64,000 nt of DNA from Candidatus Latescibacterota bacterium (GTDB taxonomy: Bacteria > Latescibacterota > UBA2968 > UBA8231), in NCBI GenBank assembly GCA_965203355.1, contig OZ241889.1, positions 384,001-448,000 of the forward strand. Direction: 5' to 3'. Positions 1-9,973 of this stretch are shown here, piece after piece; the stretch's first letter is position 1; every line of letters begins with the position of its first letter. Under the pieces are notes generated by a model, which saw nothing but the letters and a program-made list of their open reading frames with translations, was not told the DNA's origin and did no database searches. Position numbers and translations under genes: made by a program.

Positions 1-1
1 G

Positions 2-409
2 GGCGAGCAACATTGCTATGTCCTGCACCACGGGATCGACCGCGGCCGCGGAGCGCACAAGCGCTACCAATTCTCCAAGGCGTTCCACGTTTCGCCCTTC
101 ATGGCCATGCAGCAGGACTACACTTGGCACTTTACGACGCCGCGCCGCACCCTATCAGTACACATGGACAACTGGCAGGACGGCCACCACTTATTCGACG
201 CGACCCTAATGCTGCAACGGCGAGAAATAAGCGCGGCCGCACTGGCGCGGGTCTTGGTGCAGTATCCGTTGATAACGACAAAAGTCATGGCCGCCATTCA
301 CTGGCAGGCCCTAAAACTGTGGCTCAAGCGCTGTCCGTTCTACCCGCATCCCAAGTCGTTGACAAAGGAAAAAGACTATGTCGCAACTGGCTCTCTACCC
401 CGCCGTTAA
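2..409 (+). CDS. DUF1365 family protein, 5'-truncated by the window edge
   Basis: Frame is open from base 2 (GEQHCYVL...KAFHVSPFMAM...IHWQALKLWLKRCPFYPHP). FHVSPF and IHWQALKLW are DUF1365 signatures, and the gene sits directly upstream of a cfa-like gene. Confidence 0.85.
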   Translation, partial: GEQHCYVLHHGIDRGRGAHKRYQFSKAFHVSPFMAMQQDYTWHFTTPRRTLSVHMDNWQDGHHLFDATLMLQRREISAAALARVLVQYPLITTKVMAAIHWQALKLWLKRCPFYPHPKSLTKEKDYVATGSLPRR

Positions 410-1664
410 AAAACGGCCGCTCGGTCTCGGCGGTTGGCTGGATCGCTGGGCGCGGCGCTTGGTGTTGAGGCAATTGCAGCACTTGCAGCGCGGGGCGATT
501 TGCCTAGTCGAAGGCGAACAGCGCCGCACCTTTGGGCCGGGCGAAGCCGGTCCCCAAGTGGTTTTGCAGGTCCACCACCCGCGCTTTTTCCGCGCCTTAG
601 CCCTCCGGGGCACGATTGGCGCGGCCGAAGCCTACATGCAGGGGTGGTGGAGTTGCGACGATCTGCCGGCCATGTGCCGCTTGGCCGTGGCCAATATGGA
701 GTGGATGCAGCAGCGCGAGCAAGGCTGGGCGCGGTTGGCCGCACCGGCGCGCGTGTTGGCGCATGCCCTCAAGCGCAACACGCTCCCAGGTAGCCGGCGC
801 AACATCGCCGCGCACTACGATTTGAGCAATGACTTTTTCCGCCTCTTCCTCGACGACAATATGATGTATTCGAGTGCCGTATTTCCGCGCCCGGACAGTA
901 CGCTGGAAGAAGCCGCGCGCTACAAGGTGGACCGCATCTGCAAAAAGCTAGCCCTCGCGCCCGAGGATCATCTATTGGAAATCGGCACCGGATGGGGCGG
1001 CTTCGCCCTGCACGCGGCCCGCGAGTACGGTTGCCGGGTTACCACGGCAACCATTTCGCAGCAACAGTGCGAACTGGCGCGTCAACGAGTGCAGGCGGCT
1101 GGGTTGGCTGGTCGGGTGGAAGTGGTGTTGGCCGACTACCGCGATCTACAGGGACAGTACGACAAACTGGTCTCCATAGAGATGATCGAAGCCGTGGGAC
1201 ATCACTACTTCGACACTTATTTCGGCTGTTGCGCCCGCCTGCTCAAACCCGAAGGGTTGATGCTGTTGCAGGCCATCGTCATTGGCGATTGGGCCTACGA
1301 GCGGGCGCGTCGCTCGGTCGATTTCATCAAGGCATACATCTTTCCGGGCAGTTGCATTCCGTCGGTGGCCGCCATCAGTCGTTCGCTAGCGGCGGCCACG
1401 GATATGCGCTTGGTGCATCTGGAGGATATTGGCCCCCACTACGCGCGCACCTTGCGCGCTTGGCGAACGCGTTTTTGGGACGCAGAAGAGCAAGTGCGTC
1501 AACTAGGCTTTACCGAGGAATTCACTCGCATGTGGGACTTTTACTTTTCCTACTGCATCGGCGGCTTTGAAGAGCGCTATATATCCGATGTGCAAATGCT
1601 CTTGGCTCGGCCAGCCAACCGGCGCACGGCGCAGTTGCCCGAGATTGGGCACGGCGAGGTTTAG
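378..1664 (+). CDS. cfa: Cyclopropane-fatty-acyl-phospholipid synthase family SAM methyltransferase
   Basis: Motifs NIAAHYDLSNDFF, LEIGTGWGG, SIEMIEAVG and FIKAYIFPG. Confidence 0.9.
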   Translation: MSQLALYPAVKKRPLGLGGWLDRWARRLVLRQLQHLQRGAICLVEGEQRRTFGPGEAGPQVVLQVHHPRFFRALALRGTIGAAEAYMQGWWSCDDLPAMCRLAVANMEWMQQREQGWARLAAPARVLAHALKRNTLPGSRRNIAAHYDLSNDFFRLFLDDNMMYSSAVFPRPDSTLEEAARYKVDRICKKLALAPEDHLLEIGTGWGGFALHAAREYGCRVTTATISQQQCELARQRVQAAGLAGRVEVVLADYRDLQGQYDKLVSIEMIEAVGHHYFDTYFGCCARLLKPEGLMLLQAIVIGDWAYERARRSVDFIKAYIFPGSCIPSVAAISRSLAAATDMRLVHLEDIGPHYARTLRAWRTRFWDAEEQVRQLGFTEEFTRMWDFYFSYCIGGFEERYISDVQMLLARPANRRTAQLPEIGHGEV

Positions 1665-1668
1665 GCCC

Positions 1669-2454
1669 GTGTTGAGCGTGTTGGTCTATAGTTTGCCGAT
1701 GGCCATGGTGGGTATGGCGGCGCTGTATTGGCTACAGCGGCGCCGGGGCGACGCGGGCGTCGTTGACCTGGGCTGGGCTGGGGGCATTGGGCTGGTAGCC
1801 ATGGCCGTAGCCTATAGTGGCGATGGCTGGGAAGCGCGGCGGCTGTTGCTCGGCCTGATGGGCGCGGTGTGGTCCTTCCGCCTGACCGCTTATCTGATGA
1901 TCAGAGCCGAGGAAGAGGACGGCCGCTATCAAATGCTGCGTGCCCAATGGGGCGCCAAAGCCCAACGGTACTTTTTCTATTTGTTCCAAGCGCAGGCTTT
2001 GCTGGTGGTTTTATTTGGCCTGCCTTTTGTCGCCGTGGCGGCCAAAACTCACGTGGGGTGGACCGCTTGGGATGTCGCCGGTGTGTTGGTGTGGACGGTG
2101 GCCGTGGTCGGCGAATGGGTAGCCGACCGCCAGTTGGCCACCTTCCGCAGCCAATCGGCCAACCACGGGCGCGTCTGCGACCGCGGCCTGTGGCGTTATT
2201 CGCGCCATCCCAACTACTTTTTTGAGTGGATTCACTGGTGGGCCTACGTGGTCATGGCGGTCGGGTCGGCGCACGGGTGGTTGGCTTGGGTTGGGCCGGT
2301 GCTGATGTTGTTTCTGCTGTACCGCGTGACGGGCATTCCCTACACTGAAAAGCGGGCACTGGCCAGCCGCGGCGAGGACTACCGCCGCTATCAGCGCACC
2401 ACCAGTGCCTTTGTTCCGTGGTTTCCCCGCCGAGAAAATTTTGGACGCGATTGA
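1669..2454 (+). CDS. DUF1295 / steroid 5-alpha-reductase-like membrane protein
   Basis: Hydrophobic helices plus EDGRY, ADRQL and [18 protein letters not shown] start at 1669 follows gaggt. Confidence 0.88.
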   Translation: MLSVLVYSLPMAMVGMAALYWLQRRRGDAGVVDLGWAGGIGLVAMAVAYSGDGWEARRLLLGLMGAVWSFRLTAYLMIRAEEEDGRYQMLRAQWGAKAQRYFFYLFQAQALLVVLFGLPFVAVAAKTHVGWTAWDVAGVLVWTVAVVGEWVADRQLATFRSQSANHGRVCDRGLWRYSRHPNYFFEWIHWWAYVVMAVGSAHGWLAWVGPVLMLFLLYRVTGIPYTEKRALASRGEDYRRYQRTTSAFVPWFPRRENFGRD

Positions 2455-3487
2455 TTGGGCCGAGCGGGGCCTGTTGCCCGATGCGCTCATCCGCTGGGGC
2501 ATCCGCCGCTTCAATCGCGAGCGTTTGCGACAAGAGCGAGGGGCCGACTGCGAGGCCGAGCAGGCGGCCAAATGCCGCTTCATCGCCGCCATGGATCAAG
2601 CGCCCATCGCCCTGCATACGCAGAGCGCCAACGAGCAGCACTACGAGCTGCCGCCCGAGTTTTTCCAACTGGTCTTGGGCCGCCATCTCAAGTACAGCGG
2701 CTGTTATTTCCCGGCGCAGACAGACAGCCTAGACCAAGCCGAAGCGGCCATGCTGGAACTGACCTGTCAGCGCGCCGACCTACAAGACGGCCAAGACGTG
2801 CTGGAATTGGGTTGCGGCTGGGGGTCGCTGACCTTGTGGATGGCGCAACATTATCCCGGCAGCCGCATAACCGCGGTGTCCAATTCAACCTTGCAGCGCA
2901 ACTTTATCGAAGAGCGCTGCAACGCCCTAGGGATAGACAACGTCGCGGTGATCACCGAGGATATGAACGAGTTCGCGGCACCGGGACGCTACGACCGGGT
3001 GGTATCGGTGGAGATGTTCGAGCACATGCGCAATTACCGTGCGCTCATGCGGCGCATCGCTAGCTGGCTCAAACCGGCTGGCTTGCTATTCATCCATATC
3101 TTCGTCCACCGCCTCTACGCATACACCTTTGCCGCCGAGTGCAAAAACGACTGGATGGGGTGTTATTTTTTTACCGGCGGCATCATGCCCTCTGACGATT
3201 TGCTGCACTACTTCCAAGACGATTTAGTCCTAGAGGCGCAATGGCGGGTCAATGGCCGGCATTACGCTCGCACGGCCGAGCATTGGCTGGCCAATCTCGA
3301 CGCGCGGCGCTCGGAGGTCCTCGCCATTTTGGAGCGCCAGTACGGCGCGGCCCAAAAGCAGCGCTGGTTGCAACGCTGGCGTATGTTCTTTATGGCCTGC
3401 GCCGAATTGTGGGGCTACAACGACGGGCAGGAGTGGTGGGTGTCGCACTATCGCTTTAAGCAGAGAGAGACGAATGTCAGCATTTAG
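2441..3487 (+). CDS. Class I SAM methyltransferase, cfa / coclaurine N-methyltransferase-like
   Basis: Motifs [36 protein letters not shown] and FFTGGIMPS. Start is approximate (TTG 2441). Confidence 0.88.
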   Translation: MDAIDWAERGLLPDALIRWGIRRFNRERLRQERGADCEAEQAAKCRFIAAMDQAPIALHTQSANEQHYELPPEFFQLVLGRHLKYSGCYFPAQTDSLDQAEAAMLELTCQRADLQDGQDVLELGCGWGSLTLWMAQHYPGSRITAVSNSTLQRNFIEERCNALGIDNVAVITEDMNEFAAPGRYDRVVSVEMFEHMRNYRALMRRIASWLKPAGLLFIHIFVHRLYAYTFAAECKNDWMGCYFFTGGIMPSDDLLHYFQDDLVLEAQWRVNGRHYARTAEHWLANLDARRSEVLAILERQYGAAQKQRWLQRWRMFFMACAELWGYNDGQEWWVSHYRFKQRETNVSI

Positions 3488-5726
3488 ACGGAGATGGACT
3501 TGGATGGCGGCTATCTTGGTGGCCGGGCCCGGGGTGGCCCAGCCCCCGGGAGCCACTTTGAGCGGCTTTGTGACCGACGCCGACAACGGCGAAGCGATGC
3601 TCTTGGCGGTTGTCGTGGTGGAGGGTTTTCAACTCGGCGCGACCAGCAACAACAGCGGCTACTACGCCATCAAGCAAGTACCGCCGGGCACACACGTTGT
3701 GAGCACATCGCACATCGGCTACCAAACCCGCTGGGACACGCTGAGTTTTGGCCCCGGCGAGGTCGTGCGGCTCGACGTGGCGTTGGCGGCCACGCCGGTG
3801 GACATTGCCGAGATCGTGGTGGAGACCGAAGGCCGCGAAGAACTGGAGCGAGCCACCCAGAGCAGTTTTATCGCTCTACAGGTCGAGCCATTGCAGCAAA
3901 TGCCGGCCATTGGCGAGGCCGATCTCCTCCGCAGTTTACAGCTATTGCCGGGCATCCAGTCGGCGTCGGATGTCAGCAGCGGCCTGTACGTGCGCGGCGG
4001 TGGCCCCGATCAAACGGCCATCCTCCTCGACCACATCCCCTTGTACAACCCCTCGCACCTGTTTGGCTTCTTCTCGACCTTCAACCCAGACGCCATCAAG
4101 GACGTCCAGCTTTACAAAGGGGCCTACCCAGCCCCGTACGGCCGCACGCTCGGGGCGGTGCTCGACGTGAGCAACCGCGAGGGCAATCGGCAGCGCTTCA
4201 GCAGCCGGGGCGGCATCAGCCTGATCGCGAGCCGCTTGCTGGCCGAAGGGCCAGTCGGCCAAGGCTCGTGGATGATGGCCGGCCGCCGCACCTATCTAGA
4301 ACCTGTGCTCAGCGCCGTCCGCTCTTTCGATGTAGACATCCCCTTGAACTATTACTTCTACGACTTCAACGGCAAGGTCAACCAGCGCTGGGGCGACGAC
4401 ACCTTTACCGTGAGCACGTATTGGGGCCAAGACGACCTGCGGGTGGACGCCGAGGATGAGGATGAGTCTTTCGCCGATCTGCGCTGGGGGAACCGCGCCC
4501 TGACCGCGCGGTGGACGCGGGTGTTTTCGCCGACCCTGTTTGGGCACTTCATGGCCGCTGGATCGTCGTACGAAAACATCCTCTCGTTTAGTTTCTTCGA
4601 CACGCCGTTTGGCGTTACCAACAGCATCCGCGATTGGTCGCTCAAGGGCGACGTGGATTACTTCGCCAACCGCAACCACACGCTCACCCTCGGCTTTCTG
4701 GCCACCCTGTTCGAGTTCGATTATTCCCAATCCTTCAACCAAGAAGAACAGTCCTTGTACCAGAAGTCGGTGTTGGCCTCGGCCTACGTCCAAGACGAAT
4801 GGCAGGCCGGGCCCACCACGCGGCTGCGGCTCGGGGGACGCGGCACCTACTTCAGCGTTGGGGATCGGCTACACTTCGCGCCGAGGCTGTCCCTCAGCCG
4901 CGCCCTCAGCGAAAACATCCGCGTCAAGGCCGCTGCCGGGATGTATCGCCAGTACCTGCAACTGATCACCACCGAAGCCTTCAGCGGCGGCGATTTCTGG
5001 GTGCCGCTCGACGACAGCGTCGAGCCGGGCCGCTCGTATCAAGGGGTGGTAGGTACCGAGTGGAATCCGTCGCGGCGCTACCAACTCTCGGTGGAAGCCT
5101 ACTACACCGACTTGGCCAATCTGGTGGTGCTGGACAATGCGGTGGCCGTCGATAGCGAAAGCACGCGCTCGGATGACATATTCAAAAGCGGGGGCAGCGG
5201 CTGGGCCAGCGGCGTCGAGGTCTTTTTGCAGCGGCGCACTGGAGCACTCACCGGCTGGATAGGCTATACGTTGGGCTGGACGCGGCGCACCTTCCCCGAA
5301 CTAAACAGAGGACGCGCCTTCCCCCCCAAGTACGACCGCCGCCACGATTTATCTTTTGTGGTCTCGTACGACTTGGGGAAATGGCGCCTTGGTTCAAATC
5401 TCGTGTACGCCACCGGACAAGCCTTTACCCCGGCCGCGGCCCGCTATTCGCTGCGCGAGCCAACCACTGGGGAATTGGCAGACTACGTGCTAGCAGCTGA
5501 GCGCAACAGCGCCCGCCTGCTGCCCTACCACCGCCTCGACGCCAGTGCCAGCCGCAAGTTTGGGTTGTGGGGTCTCGATGTCGAGTTCTACGTACAAATT
5601 TTCAATCTCTACAGCCGGCGCAACGAGTGGTTCGTGCAGTTCAACACCAACAATCCCGAGACCAAGCCGGAGGTAATCAAGCAATTGCCCATCGTACCGA
5701 CGCTGGGTTTCAATTTTTCGTTTTAA
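3474..5726 (+). CDS. TonB-dependent receptor with N-terminal carboxypeptidase-regulatory-like domain
   Basis: Signal peptide, [12 protein letters not shown], plug LQLLPGI...[11 protein letters not shown]...LD, YHRLD, IFNLY and a C-terminal Phe. Confidence 0.9.
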   Translation: MSAFRRRWTWMAAILVAGPGVAQPPGATLSGFVTDADNGEAMLLAVVVVEGFQLGATSNNSGYYAIKQVPPGTHVVSTSHIGYQTRWDTLSFGPGEVVRLDVALAATPVDIAEIVVETEGREELERATQSSFIALQVEPLQQMPAIGEADLLRSLQLLPGIQSASDVSSGLYVRGGGPDQTAILLDHIPLYNPSHLFGFFSTFNPDAIKDVQLYKGAYPAPYGRTLGAVLDVSNREGNRQRFSSRGGISLIASRLLAEGPVGQGSWMMAGRRTYLEPVLSAVRSFDVDIPLNYYFYDFNGKVNQRWGDDTFTVSTYWGQDDLRVDAEDEDESFADLRWGNRALTARWTRVFSPTLFGHFMAAGSSYENILSFSFFDTPFGVTNSIRDWSLKGDVDYFANRNHTLTLGFLATLFEFDYSQSFNQEEQSLYQKSVLASAYVQDEWQAGPTTRLRLGGRGTYFSVGDRLHFAPRLSLSRALSENIRVKAAAGMYRQYLQLITTEAFSGGDFWVPLDDSVEPGRSYQGVVGTEWNPSRRYQLSVEAYYTDLANLVVLDNAVAVDSESTRSDDIFKSGGSGWASGVEVFLQRRTGALTGWIGYTLGWTRRTFPELNRGRAFPPKYDRRHDLSFVVSYDLGKWRLGSNLVYATGQAFTPAAARYSLREPTTGELADYVLAAERNSARLLPYHRLDASASRKFGLWGLDVEFYVQIFNLYSRRNEWFVQFNTNNPETKPEVIKQLPIVPTLGFNFSF

Positions 5727-5736
5727 GGAGGAAATC

Positions 5737-6654
5737 GTGCGTTGCGTTTTTATCGTCCTATGTCTGACGGCCTGCGCTGCCGAGCGCCAGCCAGGCGAAC
5801 TCTTCGGCTCAGTAGCCGAAGACAGCGCGTTGGTGGTGGACGGGATTCTGCTAGTGGATAAGCCCCTGCCCGAATTGTTCGTGCGGCGCACCTTGCCTCC
5901 CGGCCAATTCTACAGTCGGGAGGCGACCGGGGTGCTCGACGCCCAAGTGCGCGTCTTTCAAGGGGACCAGACCTTCGAGTACACATCCGACCTCGCGGCA
6001 CCCGGCCGCTATCTGCCCCCATCAGAGGCCCCGCAAGTGGAACCCCAGACCGAGTACCGGCTAGCAGTAAAAGTCGCGGAAAAGACAGTCCGGGCGAGCA
6101 CGACCACGCCAGCGCGAATGCGGGTGCGGCAGGCGGTTTTATTGGACGAAGACACTCAAGAAGTCGCGCGGACGCTCAAGTCATTTGCCGAGGTGGGGGA
6201 CGCGGTGTACACGGCACCGGAAAATCAGCTTACCCATCTGGAGGGTCTGCTCGAAATCCACTTGGAAAAGGCGGGCGAAGCGTACCAAGCGGCACTCTTC
6301 GCCTTGGCCGAGGACGCGCAACTGCTCGACGAGGATTTCCCCGATATATACGACCGGAACCCGGAAGACTTGCGATCCAACCAATCGCCGCCCTTCGCCG
6401 CCAGCGACGGAATCGTGCGCTGGCCGTGGTTCGCCGTGGTTTATACCGGGCGTTCTCTGATGAAGGTGTACGCAATAGACCACAACTGGTTCGAGTACGC
6501 CCGCTCTAGCCCCGACCAGCAGGAACAGGGCGGCTTTGGGGGGATGATTGGCGAAAATTTCGAGCGGCCCTTTTTTCAGGTAGAGGGCGGCATCGGGCTA
6601 TTTGCGTCGGCGTCGGTGGATTCGGTGGGATTTGTCGTCCTGCCGCGCCCGTGA
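5737..6654 (+). CDS. DUF4249-like lipoprotein partner of the TonB receptor
   Basis: Lipobox-like LTAC, LVVDGIL and C-terminal VEGGIGLFAS. RBS aggagg; directly follows the receptor gene. Confidence 0.65.
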   Translation: MRCVFIVLCLTACAAERQPGELFGSVAEDSALVVDGILLVDKPLPELFVRRTLPPGQFYSREATGVLDAQVRVFQGDQTFEYTSDLAAPGRYLPPSEAPQVEPQTEYRLAVKVAEKTVRASTTTPARMRVRQAVLLDEDTQEVARTLKSFAEVGDAVYTAPENQLTHLEGLLEIHLEKAGEAYQAALFALAEDAQLLDEDFPDIYDRNPEDLRSNQSPPFAASDGIVRWPWFAVVYTGRSLMKVYAIDHNWFEYARSSPDQQEQGGFGGMIGENFERPFFQVEGGIGLFASASVDSVGFVVLPRP

Positions 6655-6682
6655 CCGAAAATCCCGCCAACGCGCCTGCGCT

Positions 6683-7186
6683 CTAGTTCTCGCCCTGCGG
6701 CTTCCTGCTTGCCAGATCTCGATCCATCAGAAAGAGGCCGTCGCGGCTTTCGCTGATCAGCTCCATGTCGCTGACGATATTGCGGACGATGGCCTCCTCC
6801 TCCACCTGCTCGTTGACGAACCACTGCATAAAGGTGTGCGTGGCGTGGTCGCCCTCGGCCAGGGCCTCATTTACTACCGCGTAGATTCGCTTGCTCAAAG
6901 CCCGCTCGCCTTCCAGCGCGGACTTGAAGGCGTCCAACGGCGAGTCCCACTCGCTGTGTGGTGCAGCTATGGCCTGCAAGCGCACGCGACCATCGCGGTC
7001 GTTGATGAAGGCGTAGATCCTTTCCGCGTGCATCAGCTCTTCTTGGTACTGGATCTTCATCCAATGGGCAAAGCCATGAAGCTCGAGGTCCTCGAAATAA
7101 GCCGCCAGCGACAGGTACGTATAGGCCGAGGAAAACTCGCAATTGAGTTGGTCGTTGAGTGCCTGTTGCAATTTTTCACTGAGCAT
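6683..7186 (-). CDS. ftnA: Non-heme ferritin
   Basis: Ferroxidase motifs LNDQLNCEFSSAYTY, QEELMHA and QWFVNEQVEEE. Confidence 0.92.
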   Translation of the reverse strand: MLSEKLQQALNDQLNCEFSSAYTYLSLAAYFEDLELHGFAHWMKIQYQEELMHAERIYAFINDRDGRVRLQAIAAPHSEWDSPLDAFKSALEGERALSKRIYAVVNEALAEGDHATHTFMQWFVNEQVEEEAIVRNIVSDMELISESRDGLFLMDRDLASRKPQGEN

Positions 7187-7200
7187 CTTTTTCTCCTTTA

Positions 7201-9549
7201 TTATCGGTTTTCAGTCGCCTGTTTGAGCACTCGGCTGCGCTCGTACAACTCGGCTAAATCCATCTCTCTGAGGAACACCAAGCCCCGCGTGGCGCGAATC
7301 AGGGGGCTGGGGTGTTCTTGAAACCACTCGCGGCCGAGGCACGTTTTGATTTTTTGGTACTGCTCCACCTGCACTCGGCGCGCCAGCTCGGAGAACGGGC
7401 CGTCGTGTTCGTAGCTGGGGAACGAAGCGTCGCGCTGCGAAATAAAATTGCTCATAAACGCGCTCTGCATGACCGAGAGCATGTTGAGCGAGACCGGCAC
7501 AAAAATGTTGGCCTCGCTGGGATCGAAGCGATACCACACATTGCGATAGCCCCACACCTTGACCGGCGCGTCTTTGCGCTGCTGCTCGTAGCGGCGCAGA
7601 GCCTCGGTGACGGCCTGCAACACCTTGTAGTGGGTGTCCGGGCCGCTGGCCTCCGGGTCCAGTGCCACGCTGACCACATCGGGCGCGACTTCTTCAAGGA
7701 GCGCGAGCACGGGCAACACGTCGCCTTCTACCGTTGGATCCTCGGTAAAAAGGTCGCCCGTGTAAAACCCAAGGCGCAAGTGCTTGACGCTGGTGCAGTC
7801 CCATCCGAGATAACCCCACGTGCATTCGGCCTCCCATTCCCTACACAAGCCCTTGAGGGTCTGCACGTGCGGCGCGTCCTTTTGCCCGGGATAGCGGCTG
7901 GCAAAATAGGCCGCCAACTCGGCGAGCCGCGCCTCAATGCCCTCGCGGTCCTCGACGCCATACAGCGCGACGAGGTTCCGCAAAAAGCGCCGCGCCATCC
8001 CCTCATCGCACATCTGTGCATCATCGGCAGCCACTCCGTCGAGATACAGCCAAACATCGCGGTTGCGGCCGTGTTCATAGCTCGGCGCAAAGTAGTCTTC
8101 GTCGAGTAGGGCCGCGCACTCGTCCCGAGGCAAGAAGCACCGCAGCCGCTCAATGTGGTCCTCGATGAATCGGTTCGTCACCGCCGTGAAGCCGCCGGTG
8201 AAGCAGACGAAGTAATGCACATTCGTGGCGTCGCGCACGTGGCGGACGATATAGGGCAGATAGCCCAGCATCAGGTCGTCGTGGTGCGGCTCGGTGTGGA
8301 GGAAGCGCGTGGCGGCAAGGGTTTGGCAACCTCGCTCAATTTTGCCGATCAAGCGGTCGCGCACCCTGTGCGTCAGGGTCTCAACCGATTCGGTGCGCCG
8401 CTGCAAAAGCACCGCGCCCAGCTCGTCCTGCGCCAGTTCGGCCTCGGTCAAATCGACGACCTGCTTGCCCAATTTGCTGGCGATTTCGACGACGATCTTT
8501 TCCACCGCTTCGCTGTCGATGGCCTGTTGCTGCTGCAAGAGCACTCGCTGCCGCACCCGCAGCAACTGGGCGGCGCCGCGCGTGATGTAAAATCGCGCCC
8601 CGGGCAAGCGATGCAGAGCCGAGCCCGGATAGCGCACGTCAGCCGCTTCCTCAATGGCGGCGGCGACAATGCCCGCCTTGGCTTCGCCCGCGGCGATAAT
8701 TATGGCGCAGGCATCGGGACGGGCCGCGATGGTGCCGAGGCCGATGGTAATGACCAACCGCTTGCGCGCCACCTCCATGCCGCCTAAATCGGCGGCCGCA
8801 GCCGCTTGCGTCTCGTAGTTGACCTCGGTCAGCCGCGTCGTCGAGAAGTGGTCTGAGCCGCGCACGTTGAAGCCAATGTGCCCGTCTGGGCCAATACCGC
8901 CCAAAAAGAAGCCAATGCCGCCCAAGGCGCGAATTCGCTCCTCGTATTCCAAGCACCACTGGTCGATCCTTTGCAGCGCGTCTTGCTGCACTTGCTCCAA
9001 CTGGGTGCACGCAGGCCGGTAGCGCAGCGACAAGTCAACCGCGCCATCGGGCCACACATCGGCGAGGGTCTGGCCGGGCGGCAGGCCGATCTCAGCGCAG
9101 TTGATCAGCAGTGCTTTGGCCGGGTCGAGCCCAAAGCCGCCGATGTAGAAGCGATTCACATAGCTATAGAAGCTGTTGTCTTGCTGGGGGTCCATTGGAT
9201 AGAACTCGTCGATCTGCACAAAGTGCAGCCCGCGCAGGTCCGGTTTGCGCGCTGGATCAACGCCAGCTTCTGCGAGCGTGCGCTGGACCTCGGCTTCGTC
9301 CCAATGCCGCACCAGCCGCTCGACCCAGCGGATGAAGTACTGGGGCGTTTTGCCCGTCGGCAGCGAGATCGCGCCTTCGGGATGCTCCTGCACCCATTCG
9401 ATGAAGCGCATCGCCGCCAGCTTGCCCAGCCCCGGGAAGTTCTCCACCACAATGGTTGTGATCTTTTCGGTCGGCGGATAGAGCGCGTCAAAGGGCGAGG
9501 CCGCTACGACGCGGTGTTCGACCGAGGTAAGGTCGTTGGTATGTGCCAT
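7201..9549 (-). CDS. nagB: Glucosamine-6-phosphate deaminase fused to a PIG-L-like deacetylase domain
   Basis: NagB motifs SLPTGKTP, QIDEFYP and LGGIGPDGHIGFN. The C-terminal half has PIG-L-like EPHHDD...GPDTH. Confidence 0.8.
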   Translation of the reverse strand: MAHTNDLTSVEHRVVAASPFDALYPPTEKITTIVVENFPGLGKLAAMRFIEWVQEHPEGAISLPTGKTPQYFIRWVERLVRHWDEAEVQRTLAEAGVDPARKPDLRGLHFVQIDEFYPMDPQQDNSFYSYVNRFYIGGFGLDPAKALLINCAEIGLPPGQTLADVWPDGAVDLSLRYRPACTQLEQVQQDALQRIDQWCLEYEERIRALGGIGFFLGGIGPDGHIGFNVRGSDHFSTTRLTEVNYETQAAAAADLGGMEVARKRLVITIGLGTIAARPDACAIIIAAGEAKAGIVAAAIEEAADVRYPGSALHRLPGARFYITRGAAQLLRVRQRVLLQQQQAIDSEAVEKIVVEIASKLGKQVVDLTEAELAQDELGAVLLQRRTESVETLTHRVRDRLIGKIERGCQTLAATRFLHTEPHHDDLMLGYLPYIVRHVRDATNVHYFVCFTGGFTAVTNRFIEDHIERLRCFLPRDECAALLDEDYFAPSYEHGRNRDVWLYLDGVAADDAQMCDEGMARRFLRNLVALYGVEDREGIEARLAELAAYFASRYPGQKDAPHVQTLKGLCREWEAECTWGYLGWDCTSVKHLRLGFYTGDLFTEDPTVEGDVLPVLALLEEVAPDVVSVALDPEASGPDTHYKVLQAVTEALRRYEQQRKDAPVKVWGYRNVWYRFDPSEANIFVPVSLNMLSVMQSAFMSNFISQRDASFPSYEHDGPFSELARRVQVEQYQKIKTCLGREWFQEHPSPLIRATRGLVFLREMDLAELYERSRVLKQATENR

Positions 9550-9619
9550 CGCTTAGCTCCTCTCTCGGATGACCCGTACAGTGAAAATAAGAAAACAGGC
9601 CACCCGTGCCGTAGGTGGG

Positions 9620-9955
9620 GCTAGGTTTGAACGATTTGACCAAGCTCGGCGATTGGACCCGCACCAAGTACATGCCGCTGGCAACTTGAGCACCCCCGTC
9701 CGAGATTCCGTCCCAAGTAACCGAGTAGAACCCAGGCTTGGCATCCTTTTCAGAGAGCAGGCGTCGGACGAACTGGCCGGTGATGGAATAAATAGCCACC
9801 TCAACCCGTCCTGGTTCGTTCAGGTGATAGCGCAGACTCACCGACGAGTTGAATGGGTTGGGATAGGCCCCTTCAGCCGCCTCGACGGCCGCTGGCGGTG
9901 CTGGCGGCGTCGACGAGGGGCAATCGGGATCTTCTTTGAGCTTGAAAGAGGGCAT
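9620..9955 (-). pseudogene. Orphan FlgD-Ig / secretion-tail domain remnant
   Basis: AYPNPFNSSVSLRYHL...IYSITGQFVRRL...VTWDG...VASGMYLVRV, with no signal peptide or passenger domain and no normal K(L/M)xLx(K/R) terminus. Confidence 0.65.
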
Positions 9956-9973
9956 TCCATGTGGACGCTTACG

